A program made the translations under genes and the position numbers. The notes below the pieces were generated by a model that did no database searches, had not been told where the DNA came from, and saw nothing but the letters and a program-made list of their open reading frames with translations. From Azolla caroliniana (lineage: Eukaryota; Plantae; Polypodiophyta), in assembly GCA_043228905.1 (NCBI GenBank), contig JBHGNT010000017.1, positions 18,538,001-18,602,000 on the forward strand: a stretch of DNA of 64,000 nucleotides, written 5' to 3'. Below, piece by piece: positions 35,433-48,802 of this stretch. Position 1 is the first letter of the stretch. Every line of letters starts with the position of its first letter.

Positions 35433-38400
35433 CATACACTTTACGTCATTGTTCTACATGATGGTCACTCTCATAGTAAATATATGGCTTTTTACCTAGC
35501 CGTCGGTCTTGACTTCCCAGATGCCTAACAATAGCTTGCACCCACTAACTATGCTATGGTCTCCTCCATGACTAAAAGTAGCACGGGCCCTCTATAAGTG
35601 TAAACAATAGATGAGCACCGATTGTGCTCACACATTACATCACCTCTTGAATGCCCATAGATAGATAGCTCTCACACATGACACGTCACCGTTTCTACAT
35701 GGCTGGAAAAAGCTTGCACATTATGTTAAGATGATTAACAATAACTCGCACGTTACATATGACTTTAATAATAGCTCACAATATACAATGTTTGGGAAGA
35801 GCTCCTAGATACATATGTATATATCATCGCGTAGGTGTAATTGAGCAACATCCTTTCCATGGATCTTTGAGTCCGAAGCTTTTGTGTACCTTGATTTATT
35901 GCACATGATCTTCGCCACATCATCAACTCGCAAAATAAACCTTAAATCATTTGCACATGTGAGATCCAATCAATCCTTACTATCTTGACACGCTAGCATC
36001 GCACATGTGGCATGTAGATTCCATTGCATGTGCAAATTCTATGGATCGTTACAATCTTCTTTCATTGATACTTGTAATCAATCCTTGCCTTGCACTTCCA
36101 CAACATTCAATACTTCCATAACTACCCTCATTAGTACTATGTTTGGAAATTTTGTTCCAATAAAGGACCTTCCATATTTGGATTAATCTTGTATATCACA
36201 ATCATTGTCATTTCATATACTTTTTGGTAGCTTAAAAAGATTTGCGAATGATCTAGTACTATTTTTGCAATGCATATATTGTCGAAGAGCACAATCAATG
36301 GAAAGATTTCACCACTACCAATTGAAACTTTGTTTACAAAATCTCCACGTTGTAACATTGCAATTTGCAACAACCATAGACTCTAAAAATCAAGCACTAG
36401 CTGTGTACTATCTTGATAAGGATTAGGCTAGTTCAAGGGATTTGGTTTCTCTACAACTTTAAGTGGACAGACACACACTCCTAACTAGCAATATTGGTGA
36501 GTAAATACATGTAACCTTCAAAAGTAATCCGTGTTCTTTGGATAATTTAATTCAACCTTTTTCGAAACACGTCTTTTGCACAAAAATTATGGGCACAAAT
36601 GTTGAGGTTCTCTTTGGATAATCATCGTCAAGTGCAAGCGAGTTTAATATTATAACTTTCTCTTTTAGCACACCATTGCCCGATATATTTGCGCAAAATT
36701 TGAGATCCTGTTGTGATGTTTATCACTATTCTCAAAACATAATATGATAACATATATTACTATCGATGACAAGCCATCTCTTTTTGTTCACGGGTTTAAT
36801 TTGAGACTCCAACTTTTGTAAACATTATTCAACGTTCAAATTGGGAAAACTTCTTTAAATATTTTGAGGTCAAATGAATATAAATTTGATTCTTCTCTTT
36901 TTGCATGAACCATAAAATCATAGTTCCTTTTTCTAGAGTTCATAATAATTGTTAACATCCCACCGTATAAATTTGACTTCAACACCTTGTGAACAAATTA
37001 ACATGTGGTAGTTGTAAGTAACAATGATTTCCACACCTATATCCTTGATTGTGTCACCAATGTTTACAGTGGGTGAGACCCTTGATGTTGATGAGAAATG
37101 GTAGAAATTGGATAATAGAATCGAATTCTTGAAATTATGTGAAGAACATCACACATATCGACATGAGAAATTTTGCCTTATATATTATCCACAATAGCAT
37201 ATGCTTTCAAGATTCAACGTGAAGATAAAAAAAAAAATTCATTTTCGCTGATATTTCTTCCCCTTGGCAATCCTTCTAGTGAGCTGCCCAAAAACAACTC
37301 CATGAGCTTGCCTTGTTAGGAGAAAACTAGTTGCTTTCTTTGATGTTTTATTTTGTAGCTTGAGGCACCTACTTCATTTGATTTTTCCTTACCTTTTACT
37401 TTTAGAGAGACACGTGCACCCACATAAGCCCACACTAACTAAGTGGACAAAAACATATGATCCAATTCATTCTACAACTCAATCCAAAAACATCTATTGC
37501 ACATGTACTCCTAGTTGGGTGGATTTCCAAACATATATCTAGTTCATTTTATCCTATGATATTACAAAATTCGTTGAGCAATAATTTTGACATAATCAAA
37601 GTATTCAAGAGTTTAATTTGACCTTTATCTTTCGTAGAAATCATAAAGATTATTGTTCAAACTAAAACTATGGAACTCACTTTCAATATTAATAGTCCAC
37701 TCATAAATTCATAACTTGCTTCCTTGAAGAGTTTAATTCAACTATTGCAAATCCAACATGGGTGATTCAAATCGCTAAACAAATCGAATTTTGAGATACC
37801 CTACGAACTCATAAGACTTCAGCTTGCCACTCCCACACAAACTATTGACCATATGGAATTTGAAATCTTGCCACAAATTTTAATGACTTCCTTCAATGTT
37901 CTTGATCTAATAAACCCAAACATGATATCATGTTGGAGTTTAACTCAACCTTCAACTTTGCTTTTGCTCCATTGCACAAACCGCTTGAACAATCAAAAAA
38001 AATTATCTTCTTTTTTCCACACATCCAAAATGGTAACAAATGTTAATGTTCCTTAGACATCCCTCTTTGCTTCTAGGGTTATGAAGATAAAGGCGAGGGA
38101 AGGGGAAACTCACAAAAAGAGTCTCATGTAAGGCCAAATCAAAAAAATCCCAAAAGATTTCCATCAAAGGCCTTATCAACCCTCTTCATCTACTATTCCT
38201 CTTGTTACATCAGCAGAAACAGTACAAGACCCATAATAACTGACTTTTTGGATTCATCATTTTTATGTAGCATGAGATCATTCATGTGTCCATTTATCGT
38301 CAAATAAGAATACAATATTTGTGCTTTATCTATTGAGGAACCAATTGCCCACCAATGAAATTGAGTCATGATCGAAAAACTTGATGTGATCCTTGAGGAT

Positions 38401-39209
38401 TTTGATTCCATTAAATGTGACAAGTAGCATTCATTCTAAACTCAAATATAAGTATTTGGAGAGTTTTCCTTACTCAATGTGAACTTCTTTGGTTACATCG
38501 AAAGCATATATCAATCTTCCCTCATTTATCCTCATTCTGAAGCATGGATGCAACATAACAAACACCATGATTGAGTATCATTTCTTTAACTTGTCCCTCT
38601 CATGGTCTGCTCTGTTTCACTTTGAATAGTGGACATGATTAAGCTGACATTCAAATATGTCCAGGAACTTAGTTCCTGAACACAAAAAATTTAAGCATAA
38701 TCAAACATGGTTAATAAGCAAATATCTGAGATAAAAAAAAAGGAGCTAGAGAGTATCGGTCTCCTTGGTGATATGCATCCTGTACTACCAACAAGCAAAT
38801 TCAAGATCAAGTACAACCGGGCAGAAATGTAGGGAACAAACATGTTGTCAAGGGCATATAAATGTAACAAAGAAAAAGAAAAGAAACAAATCATGAAGCT
38901 TCATAACCTCTCCGTGTTCCTTCAACAAGCATCAAAAAGCGTTCCAGCCCCTTCCATTGGTTCAGCTTAATATCCATACAACTATTGTGTTGAAGGAACT
39001 AAATTGCTTTCAGGGTGAGGGACCATACTACAGAATGACGAGAAGTTGAGATTTTATGTGTGTTTTGATAGGAAAGAAAACTGTAGAGGATGCAATAATC
39101 TGTTTTCCTCGACCCTTTTTCATAAGTAATCACTTTGGTCCTCACAACATAATAAAGGAGATGACTACACTACACCTAAACGCTAATCAGAAGTAGAATC
39201 AATCCCCGC

Positions 39210-42200
39210 TCAAAACCTTAGATCATCATCACCTTCAGAATTTTGATCATCATTTCCTATTGTAGGTGTGCATGAATTTGCTTCACCTAGTTCCTGTTGA
39301 AGGTTCCCATTTGGGGATTCTAGAGCTGCTCCATCGGCCCTTGGATTCCCACTATCTTCAGAAAACTCTTGAGACTTCACCATCCTCTTCCGATAGTCCT
39401 CTATTTCTTTTTTATACCTTTCCTTATCTTTAATGCCTTGCTCCTGGTATACCTGCAGAGAGTTCAAGAACAACAGCCCTTACAAACCTCGAAACACAAA
39501 AGGTTCTGTCCCACAAATATTTCAGACATTGTTTGAAGAGAGCAACACCATTGGCAACATAGCACTATGCAAAGTCTAACATAAAGCATTACATTACTTT
39601 AATGAAAAAACATTACCGCTCTTTCCTCCTCACTTAGCTTGTTCCATGATTCCCCAATCAATCTACTGATCTCTCGGTCTTTGTCAGGATGCAGAGCTCG
39701 AAGCCGTGTGTGTTGTTCCTGGAAGAAAAAATTATATCCACTTCTATTGGGTTTTGGGGCATTAGGATCTTTCTTTGGCATTTCATCCTTGCGTCGCCGT
39801 CTTCTTCGTCTTCTCACATCAATAGCAGCCATGCTTAGACCTACACCATCATCAACCACATTTGGTACTGATGCAAACTGTTGAGACAGATTCCCTGGCG
39901 GCATATGATACAAAACTCCTTTGAGAGAATCAGATCCAACCATAACAGTCACTAGATATCCATGTTCGAATTTTCCATCAATCAAGCCTGATACGGTGTG
40001 GCCTAGAGCTACTCCTAGATCAGCTGATGATTACATAAAACAAAAACAGGAAACATGTCTCAATACACTTTGTATGCAAAATGGAAAATATAATTAATTT
40101 TATTATTTGTAGCAGCCATATATGCATAGAGTGTCAATAGTACTTACATTTATGCATTCAATTGACACATGCCAGTTTAAACAAAAGTTATGGGTAAAAA
40201 ACCTAAGAAAATTAAACATTGGAATAAATCAATCTGTGTAGCCAACCAAAACAGATGAAGATAAGGATGAGTTTACGGAATTATAGAATGTCTGGAATCA
40301 TACAATTCGACATATTATTGAAAGCTCTGTTTCACCCTGAAAAATTCTCCCTTTTGGAGCAGCCATGTATGCATTGAAGTGTCAATAGTACTTACAGTTA
40401 TGCATTCGTGTATTGAACAGATTAAATGAACAAAAGTTATGGTTAAAAGAACTGCGGAAATTTATGCAGTGGAGTAGATCAATCTACATAGACTAAGGTT
40501 TGCAATCAGCTTCCACGAAAATAGATAAAGATAAGCATGATTTTAAGGAATTATAAGATGTTAAGAATCATATAATGTAATGTGTTGAAAGCTCGGTTTC
40601 AGCCCAAAAAGTTCTATCCGTGTTAAAGGTCAATGTGAAACACCAATCATATAAAAGATATGTATACTATCTATATATCCATTACCATTTGAAATAAGTC
40701 ACAAAATGCATAAAAGAACGGAAAATGTTGCAGTTGGTAATGGTCACATCTGGTATAATACATACAATCTGAAAAAAAATACTAACTGTAACAAAAAAAT
40801 ACATATTTCGCTTATTCCTATAAAACACTCTGCCCTTATTATCCCAAAAGACTTTACTGTCAGCTTATGCTTTCTCTATACTCTCATACCACACACATGA
40901 GATACATATTATTGTCAAAAATCAGGCTGACACGGTATTATTTGCCTAATAATAGAAAACTAGAGAGACAGATAATATTATTAGCACCTACTTCACATTG
41001 CAAACACCATATCTTGAACAGAAATAATCATTTATCAATAGGGTTCTAATTGGAAAATTGCAAATGAGTTTTAGAGATTTTTACAGGTACCTTTTGGCTG
41101 CACTTCCACTACATCTAATGTCTTTCTTTTCCTTTTCTTCTCTCCTTCTTGCAAGCCATGTTTAGCAGACCCATTAATACCTGGGGTTGGCACTGGACTC
41201 GACCCTGTAACTGAGACTATATATGACAAGAGAGATTTTTTATATGTACATACAAGAACTGTACAAACAGAAAATATGCTGTAAAATGTAAAGGATACCT
41301 GTTGGAGGAACCAATGGTCCTTTAGATCCAAAGTAGTATACTTGCTCATAATGATGCAGCAACAAGACATAGTATTTCCGAAGAACAAAGGATGCGCTTG
41401 TAGTCGTAGGAGGAAAATCAAATGCGACCGTAATTTCCTTCCATTTCCGATCTTTCACCACCTACATTGTTATTTTCTACCAAATTTAGGAAACTGAATG
41501 TACTTATGGCCAAACTTCAAAACTCGTGTCTCTTTATGGATATTTATGTTTATAACACTAGACTAACACAATTTGTGCATAAGGAATATAAACCTCATCA
41601 ACTATCCAATACATGGTATGTGCAGTGGACAACTTGTTATGGGCTTCCTAATCATGTCATCAATATCCTAGACCAGGCAAAGGTTGATAAATCAATAATT
41701 CTATCAAGGAACAGGCTAAGTTTATAAAACACCACTCTGCATATGATCACTTCTTTGATATGGATGAGCATAGCTACTACTTGCAGTTGTTATGCCACCA
41801 CAACCTATCACAGATGATGTATTTCAATTTCTCTAGAACTTCTCTATTTCTTTGCGGCACTGCCAAGACAGGTAACCGTTGTACCAGATCTCTATTACAG
41901 GGACCAATCTCCACTCTTTTAAGTTGAGTTAGCTTAGTCTAAAGCTATTGGCCCCAATAAAGAAAAACATGGAAAGCTGGTTGGAAAACTGGGAAGAAGA
42001 GAGTGATTCTAGAAAAATAAAATAAGAATTGAGAGCCAGTTTTTTCTTTCAGGTGCTTCACGACTACAAAATCACATATCCTAATTTAGTGTCATTCAAG
42101 GATAATGATTGTTGCAAAGGAGTTAGAAAACATGGGTCAGAGGTTGCAAACAAATTGCTCAATTGTTTTAGAAAGGCATATTTCAATAAATCACTTATAA

Positions 42201-44025
42201 ATAGAGAGAAAAGAGAATGTGTACAAACCACTCAATAACATAGCATAGGAAACACTTTAGAGGACCTTTGAACAAATGAGGATTGTAGGTCCTCAACACA
42301 TTGCAACTCTTGGGATGCAATAAGGATTCAAGCATTAAAGATTACTTCAAGACTCACGTCACAGGTCTGCCTAGATGAAATGACATATGTTCACATTTTA
42401 AACGACAATGATACCATAACTGGTCTTGAGATTAAAGGAAATTATAATACAGTGAAGCTTGAAACCAAACTGTACATTGATGGTTTAAGGATCATAATTA
42501 TTGTGACCGTGGAGATCCAGGGAGTGCTGATAATTCCTTGGAGAGCTCTCTGCCCCTCCCCCGCCCCCCCCCCCCCACCCTTACTACAGGTCAACAGAAG
42601 CACACCTATTTATTGTTTTTTCCAATATTTTGTCTGCATTTTTAATTGATTGAGAACCCAATACTCGAAAATATAAAGATGTGTGGAACAAAAACATTTA
42701 GATATTTGAGAATTTTCCAAAAAGCTCATTTTGAAAGAAGTTCAGAAAATGTGGCACAGATGAGTTCGCAAACTTGTGTCTGATTGCCCAATCTATCAAT
42801 AGGTCTATGGAAATAGACTGCAAATTAGGATTATCACAGGCAGTATCAGTGCTGCCTCAGACAGATAAAACCTTTTATATCTCAAATATATGGAGCAAAA
42901 GTTTACACCCCAGAGATCCAAAACTAATAGCTGAATTAAAATGGCTGATGAATATGAATTCAGCACTATACCTGTTCAAATCCACCACGGCCTGAGACTT
43001 CGATGTAGAAAACATGAAGATCTAGTTCCTTTCCACCAATTGTGGGAATCCTGAGCAAATAAAAAACTAAACCTGCAAATGAGAAGCCATGCATGGATTT
43101 TGCAGTATCCAAAAATATAAAAGTTAACAAGCTCAATTCAATACATATAGCATCAAGATTTCATGCTGGTAATTTTCAAGGTATATGAGAGAAAGTTCTA
43201 ACACATAAATAACTAGAAATCATCCCAACATATTAATTTATAATCAATGTGTATATGTAGAGAACTGCCTTTATGAAGGCGTCAAACAAAAGAATGCCAG
43301 CATCAGTGGAAAACTATGTCACTCTGGGCATTCACCAATAGTGTCTAATTTTCAGCAATGGCATTCTTAAATATTAGATTGTAATAAAGAGTAATCGTGA
43401 AAGGAAGGATGAAAACAAATGGTTGTGTTTAAGAAATTCCATATCGACTCGATACCACGTCAAAATGCAAAGATATCAAATCCAAGGCAAGCATGCTGAT
43501 AGGGATTCAATGTTTAGTTTAATTACTTTAAAAAAAAGTGTAGGTGTACATTTTTTTCCGTGAATTACTTATAATGGGGTGATCACGTCAACAAATACAT
43601 CAGAAAAGAGCAATTGTCATTCCAAAATGCCATGGAAAAGCAGAGAAAGATGTATCGAAGCCAGGAAAAACATTCTGACAAAGCAGAATGCCTGTAGATA
43701 GATACAGCTGGGAAAACAATAACCACTGCAAATTTGGTTCTTAATTTCACTAAAGATAAGTGCATTTAGAGAGGACTTACATGAGGCGGGTGCCGAGGGC
43801 TGCATGGAACTTGTTGAGGGTGTCATAGAACAAATCTCGGTCAGCGATAACTTCAGAATGGGTGGCCAAAGGTGACGGATAAACAATTGCTGAAGGGGAG
43901 GGAGAGAATTCGGTGGTCAAATTCTTCGAAGAAGTAGGCGAACCAATGGTATTCACCGGGGCAAGGACCTCTGTGTCGTCCAAAGACCCTTGAAATGCTT
44001 GTGTATGGTTCCCTAAAGTGGCCAT
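39210..44025 (-). CDS. ARID-HMG box DNA-binding protein (plant HMGB9/10/11/15 family)
   Basis: Exons 43781..44025, 42972..43050, 41299..41461, 41091..41216, 39617..40023 and 39210..39452 all have GT-AG ends and sum to 1263 nt (420 aa). ARID: IPTIGGKELDLH..RGG..KWKEI..TSASFVLRKYY. HMG box: DPNAPKPNRSGYNFFF..IGESWNKLSEEERAVYQE..KDKERY. Confidence 0.95.
40110..40615. repeat. Diverged ~247-bp tandem duplication in intron 4 of the ARID-HMG gene
   Basis: AGCAGCCAT..GTGTCAATAGTACTTACA..ACAAAAGTTATGG..GAAAGCTC.GTTTCA occurs twice, colinearly (from ~40111 and ~40358). Confidence 0.85.
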
Positions 44026-44384
44026 TTTTGGAAGGCCAAATATACAGAACACGAAAAATGCCCTAAAAATAAACTCCCTTGTTTCAAGAAGGTAACCCTA
44101 AGTACTCATAAGGAAGGAAAAAAAAAAAAAAAAAAACTAATCAATTAAGAGGTTTTCTCTGCTCTTCTATAGTCTCCCCAATTCTTCTATATTCTCCCCT
44201 GTTCTTCGATGCTCTGTTTAGGGTTTGGCCAAGCAGGAGGCTCTTACCATTTTGTGAGGGGAGGAGGGGGAGGCGAGCTGAGAATTGTGCTCATGGAGAA
44301 GATCTGAAGCTCCATTTCTTCTTCCCGCGCTAATAAGCTAAGCTAAGCTAAGCTGGGGGAGAAAGGAAAAGCAATCCTCTGTTC

Positions 44385-44675
44385 CCTTCTTCTTCTTCTT
44401 CTTCTTCTTTTCACCTTCCGGGGGTCTGTCTGCGTCTGTCTGTCTGTCTGTCTGTCTGTTTTCTCTCTCTTCCGCCTGTCATCGTCAGAGTGCAACAAAC
44501 AATAGTATAGAGAGAGAGAGACACACACACACAGAGGAGAGAGAAACAGAGTAGAGAGAGACACACAGAGAGGAGAGAGAAACAGAGTAGAGAGAGACAC
44601 ACACAAAGGAGAGAGAAACAGGAGTAGAGAGAGACACACACAGAGGAGAGAGAAACAGGAGTAGAGAGAGACAGA
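44385..44675. repeat. CTT/TCTG microsatellites and ~34-bp GA/CA-rich minisatellite in the 5' region of the ARID-HMG gene
   Basis: About five copies of GAGAGACACACAGAGGAGAGAGAAACAG(G)AGTA. Confidence 0.9.
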
Positions 44676-45671
44676 GAGCAGCAGCTACTTTACTCAATTC
44701 AATCATCAGACCATAAGTTTGAAAATTATTTTGCCTTCTCATTTCTTTTTCTTTCTTTCTCTCTCTTCACAGAAGCACACGCACCCACACAAATTTTACT
44801 ACTTTTAGGGGACAATTATGTTTCTCCCAAGCGATTTAGTGTTGAGTTTTAGGGCCAAATTTAGGCTCCCCCAAGTGTGGTGTGTTCATCCATCCATCCA
44901 TCCATCTCCAAAATTAACTTGAAATCGGACACCCGACACCCCTCATACAAAGGCCTCGCTACAGACTCCCGAGATGACAATGTACAGTTGCCCCCCTTTC
45001 CCAATGGGGAATGCCGAGGGGAGACCATAAAGATGAAATTTTCTTGTTATATGATTCATGATACCCCACCTATTGAGCATTAACAAGAATAATCATGTTA
45101 TGTGTCTACTATCTATGCCTTTGTATCAAACACTAATAGTAGGAAAACAAAGTAGTATTGGTGGTTTTGCTTTAGCAAATACCCATTGAAACTATGTCAA
45201 AAAGAATCCCTTGTCACTGGGGCCCAAATGTCTTGAAATGAATTCTCATACGTATGCGCAATTGGACAACGAGTAAATGTATGAACGTTGTCCTTGAGTT
45301 ACGTTATACATAAGAAACCCATACCGTTCAGAACATGTCTTCTTCATAATGCAACAGTCAAGGGTAAAGCAACTAACATCACCCCTTCATGTGAAGAATG
45401 TTGATTGTCCAATGGGTTGTATTGTAACAGAGGAATACAGAGAACTCTATAAAGTTAGGGTAGAAACGTAAAAGGGGTAATAAAGGGCGTACTTGGGATT
45501 AGTAAAATTAGCCTCTTTCTACGATAGACTTGTCATTGTTGAAATATAATGCTTCTATAAGGCTTTATTAGTCGTTTAGGAATTAAGTAGAATTAAGGTA
45601 GCATGTGAGAAGGATGGAGGGATAAACTCCCTTGCATTATCCCTTGCTGTAAAAGAACTCATGTCACTCCT

Positions 45672-45715
<44 letters not shown>

Positions 45716-46299
45716 CATTTAAACTAATTGTTACTTACAATGCTTAAGCTCTTTCTCCATTGTGCATTCAATCTTAATTACACTTCAAATTAAGTGGTAA
45801 TTTTGTTAAGTAATGCTATTTACAAGCCACATGTCTATGTGATTATCCCATTTGTATGAAGAAATTCCCATTGTCAAGTTCTTTAAAATGGTGTATGGAT
45901 TGACTAATGCTCAAAGACGTGGATATTTCAATGGTCAAATTTCGTATGTTCGTATGGGATTTAATTCATTATTGATGGATGCACCACATAATGAACAACT
46001 CTTGGATGTGCAAAGTCAAGTAATTACACAATCATAGTCATCAAATAGAAAAGTTATATCATTTACATGATAGGCTTATTGATGATCAATATCAATCACA
46101 TCATATATGTTTTTCATGCTTAAACCCATGTTATGGTTGTTCTAATGTGGTGCAAGTTCAACAAAGAAATGAGATTATTGTTGTTCCAATTCAGATTATC
46201 GACAAGTGTAAAAAATAGGTTAATGAGCTAATTGGACCAAAGTTCATTATTAAAGATGAAGATGAGGTATTAAAACGAAGACATGAGTTTTATAACCAA

Positions 46300-47568
46300 A
46301 TAGTAGAAGTCTAGCTCAGGATGGCATAACAAATGAAGTATTTAAGAAATATGCTTGTTGGCTCAAAAAATAATCTACATACATGTTTCAATGATGTTGG
46401 AATGTTGGTATATGTGTGAGAATTGGAAGGTGAGGTCAATTAAGTTGTTACCAAAGCCATCATTTCCTAAGAAATATGTCATTAATGGGGAACTATGTCC
46501 AGTTGGCATTGGAGGACGAGCTCGTTGTCCTCAATGAAGTCAAACGTTTGGAGCAAGGCTCGGTTGTTGCCCAAGTCTTGGGAAAAGGACCGAGTAGAGG
46601 GGATCTCTGTCATCTTCTTCAGGCAACATTATAGGAGAAACTCGATAAGGTTATTGATATACATCTGATGGGTTGAGGTTGCTGTCAATTGGAGTTTGCA
46701 AACCATTCTTTTGTTTGTAATTTCCTTTCCATTCCCTCAGTAGACATCTCAGGTGCATGGGTTCTTTTTTTCCCATGGACCCACGGTTTTGATACGATAG
46801 TTCTACAGGTGGAGGCAACAGGATACTTTACGTGTATTGTTGTTTTTCCAGGCCTAGATAAGGAGTGAAGGGAGGTTCTTCACAAGATTGGGGCAGCAAT
46901 CGGAAGAGTTCTACATGTTAACTCATCTACGTTTAGGGACATTGTAGAAAAAGGAGGAGCTCCGTCTGTCAAGTTACTTTGTAAAAAGGATGCAATTTTA
47001 CCTAATTGGATTCGTCTTCCAAAGCTGCAAGGTAATATGTTTCAAAAAAGTTCAAAAAGTGCTTTAATTCAGTTTGCCCAACCAATGTTTTTCTTGTAAA
47101 ACAATTGGCCATTTGCCAAAAGATTGTTTGTTGCCCATGTGAAGCCTATTGCTGTTATGAATAATCAAAGTAATAGTGTTGTCACTACTTTGTTGCCTCA
47201 TGAAATTCAGCAAGAAAAGACTTTCGATATATCTTCAAATAAAGTGGGCACGGGGAAAAGTGTTGATATGCTTTGCTCCAATCTCCCTCAATTTGCACCA
47301 CTGGAATGTAGTATGGACACTTTGAGGCAACATATAGGAATGTTGGTTTCCGCTCCATCTATGGAGATTATTCCAGCCATTCCCCCTCCCTTAGCATTGC
47401 CTAAATGTAGTATGGACACTTTGGGAAAAGATGTAGATATGCCGGTTTCCACTTCCTCTTTGGAGTCTGTTACAGTCATTGACCCAATGCTAGAACAAGT
47501 TTTGACGAAAGTTAAAAGGACAATTCAGAAAATGATAACCTCTTTTGAACATAACAATCCAAAGGTAG
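46300..47568 (+). mobile_element. L1-type LINE ORF1 relic (left part)
   Basis: EVKRLEQGSVVAQVLGKGPSRGDL..MG*GCCQLEF..PWTHGF (DUF4283-like) and knuckle CFSCKTIGHLPKDC at ~47085-47126. Start approximate. Confidence 0.75.
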
Positions 47569-48061
47569 TGTCACGAAAGGGTGGAATGAGGCTAAGTACT
47601 AAGAGAGAGTGAGAGCATAAGCAAGATCACAAGATTTGTTACGGACAAGTAGACGAGGCTCAATATTAAGAGATAACGGTAGAGAGAGCATAGACAAGAG
47701 AACAATCAAGAGAGAGAGAAAATAGACAAATGAACAAGAACTGAATTATGCTTTCATAACTGGTGTTGTTCACCTTGATTGTAATCAAGGTGTGCCCCAA
47801 TATTTACACAAGAATGTGGAGGTATGCATGAAAGCTAGAAGACTTCTAGAGAGCGCATGGAAACTTCGAGAGAGTGCATGAAGATGCATTCTCTATAAGG
47901 TTCTTGAAAGTTCTAGTGATCAATCTATAATGAAATAAGTTGAATCTTATACAATACAATAATACATAGATGGATGTAGCTCAACTCGTAAGGTTTCCCA
48001 ATAAGACCAGAAGGTCATGGGTTCAACCCCCACCATTCCATGTGTCATCCTGCCTATGACA
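47569..48061 (-). repeat. 3' LTR of chromovirus T
   Basis: TGTCA...TGACA, aligns to 62450..62920 apart from a ~20-bp indel; PPT-like AGGGAAGATAA adjacent. Confidence 0.96.
47970..48040 (+). promoter_or_regulatory. tRNA-like Pol III A box/B box module in the 3' LTR, antisense to the element
   Basis: GGATG-TAGCTCAACTCG (A box 47977)...AGGTC-ATGGG-TTCAACC-CCCAC-CATTCCA. T arm and partial acceptor stem pair; the anticodon arm does not. Confidence 0.75.
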
Positions 48062-48802
48062 TTATCTTCCCTATAAGGCCGCCTCCTTGGACCCGCAACC
48101 GGTTTCTTGTGGATAACATTCATGAAATTCTTGAACTATGTCCGGGGCATGCTTGAGATGGTGTGTCAGATCCCATGTTGCTTCAGAGATCGGGTACCCT
48201 TTCCAAAGGACAAGGTATTGAAGTTGGCGACGGAAGAGATGAGAGTCAAGAATTTCGTCGATCTCATATTCTTCTCTAATTGAGAGTTGGATTGGTGGTG
48301 GAGGAGAAGGGTGTCGATTTGGGATTTCAGATATGGTGAGGTTCCAGAAGGGAGACATGGAATACATTATGAATACGGAAGTGGGATGGTAGCTCTAAGT
48401 GGACAACCATGGACCCAATTTTCTCGATGATTCGGAAAGGGCCTAACTTCTTGTAATCAAGCTTCGGACAAGGACGAGTGGTGGCAATATTGCGACGGAG
48501 AAGCCAAACAAAGTCACTTATCTCAAACCTGAGAGCATTTAAGAGAAGACGGTCAGCTTGCTCCTTGTAGCGTTCACCAGCAAGGGTGAGCTCCAAGGAA
48601 AGATCGCAATGTACATCCTCCAACGAACGTGCTCGGTCCTCCGCAGAAGGATTGACAGAGTCCGAGGGAAGCGAAATGTTGAAGTGGGGGTGGAGACCGT
48701 AGTTTGCAAAAAATGGAGTAACTTTGGTAGATGCATGCAGAGAGTTGTTGTAGGCGAACTCAGCAAGTGGGAGAAGGTCAACCCAGTTGTCTTGTTAGTA
48801 GC

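Noticed and set aside
47124-47612. 162-aa ORF as a host gene
   Set aside because: It is the disordered tail of LINE ORF1, with an internal repeat, running into the Gypsy LTR.
47970-48040. Functional tRNA genes at 9161, 47970 and 62829
   Set aside because: Anticodon stems do not pair, acceptor stems are incomplete, there is no adjacent T-run terminator, and all lie inside LTRs. Reported as tRNA-like promoter modules only.
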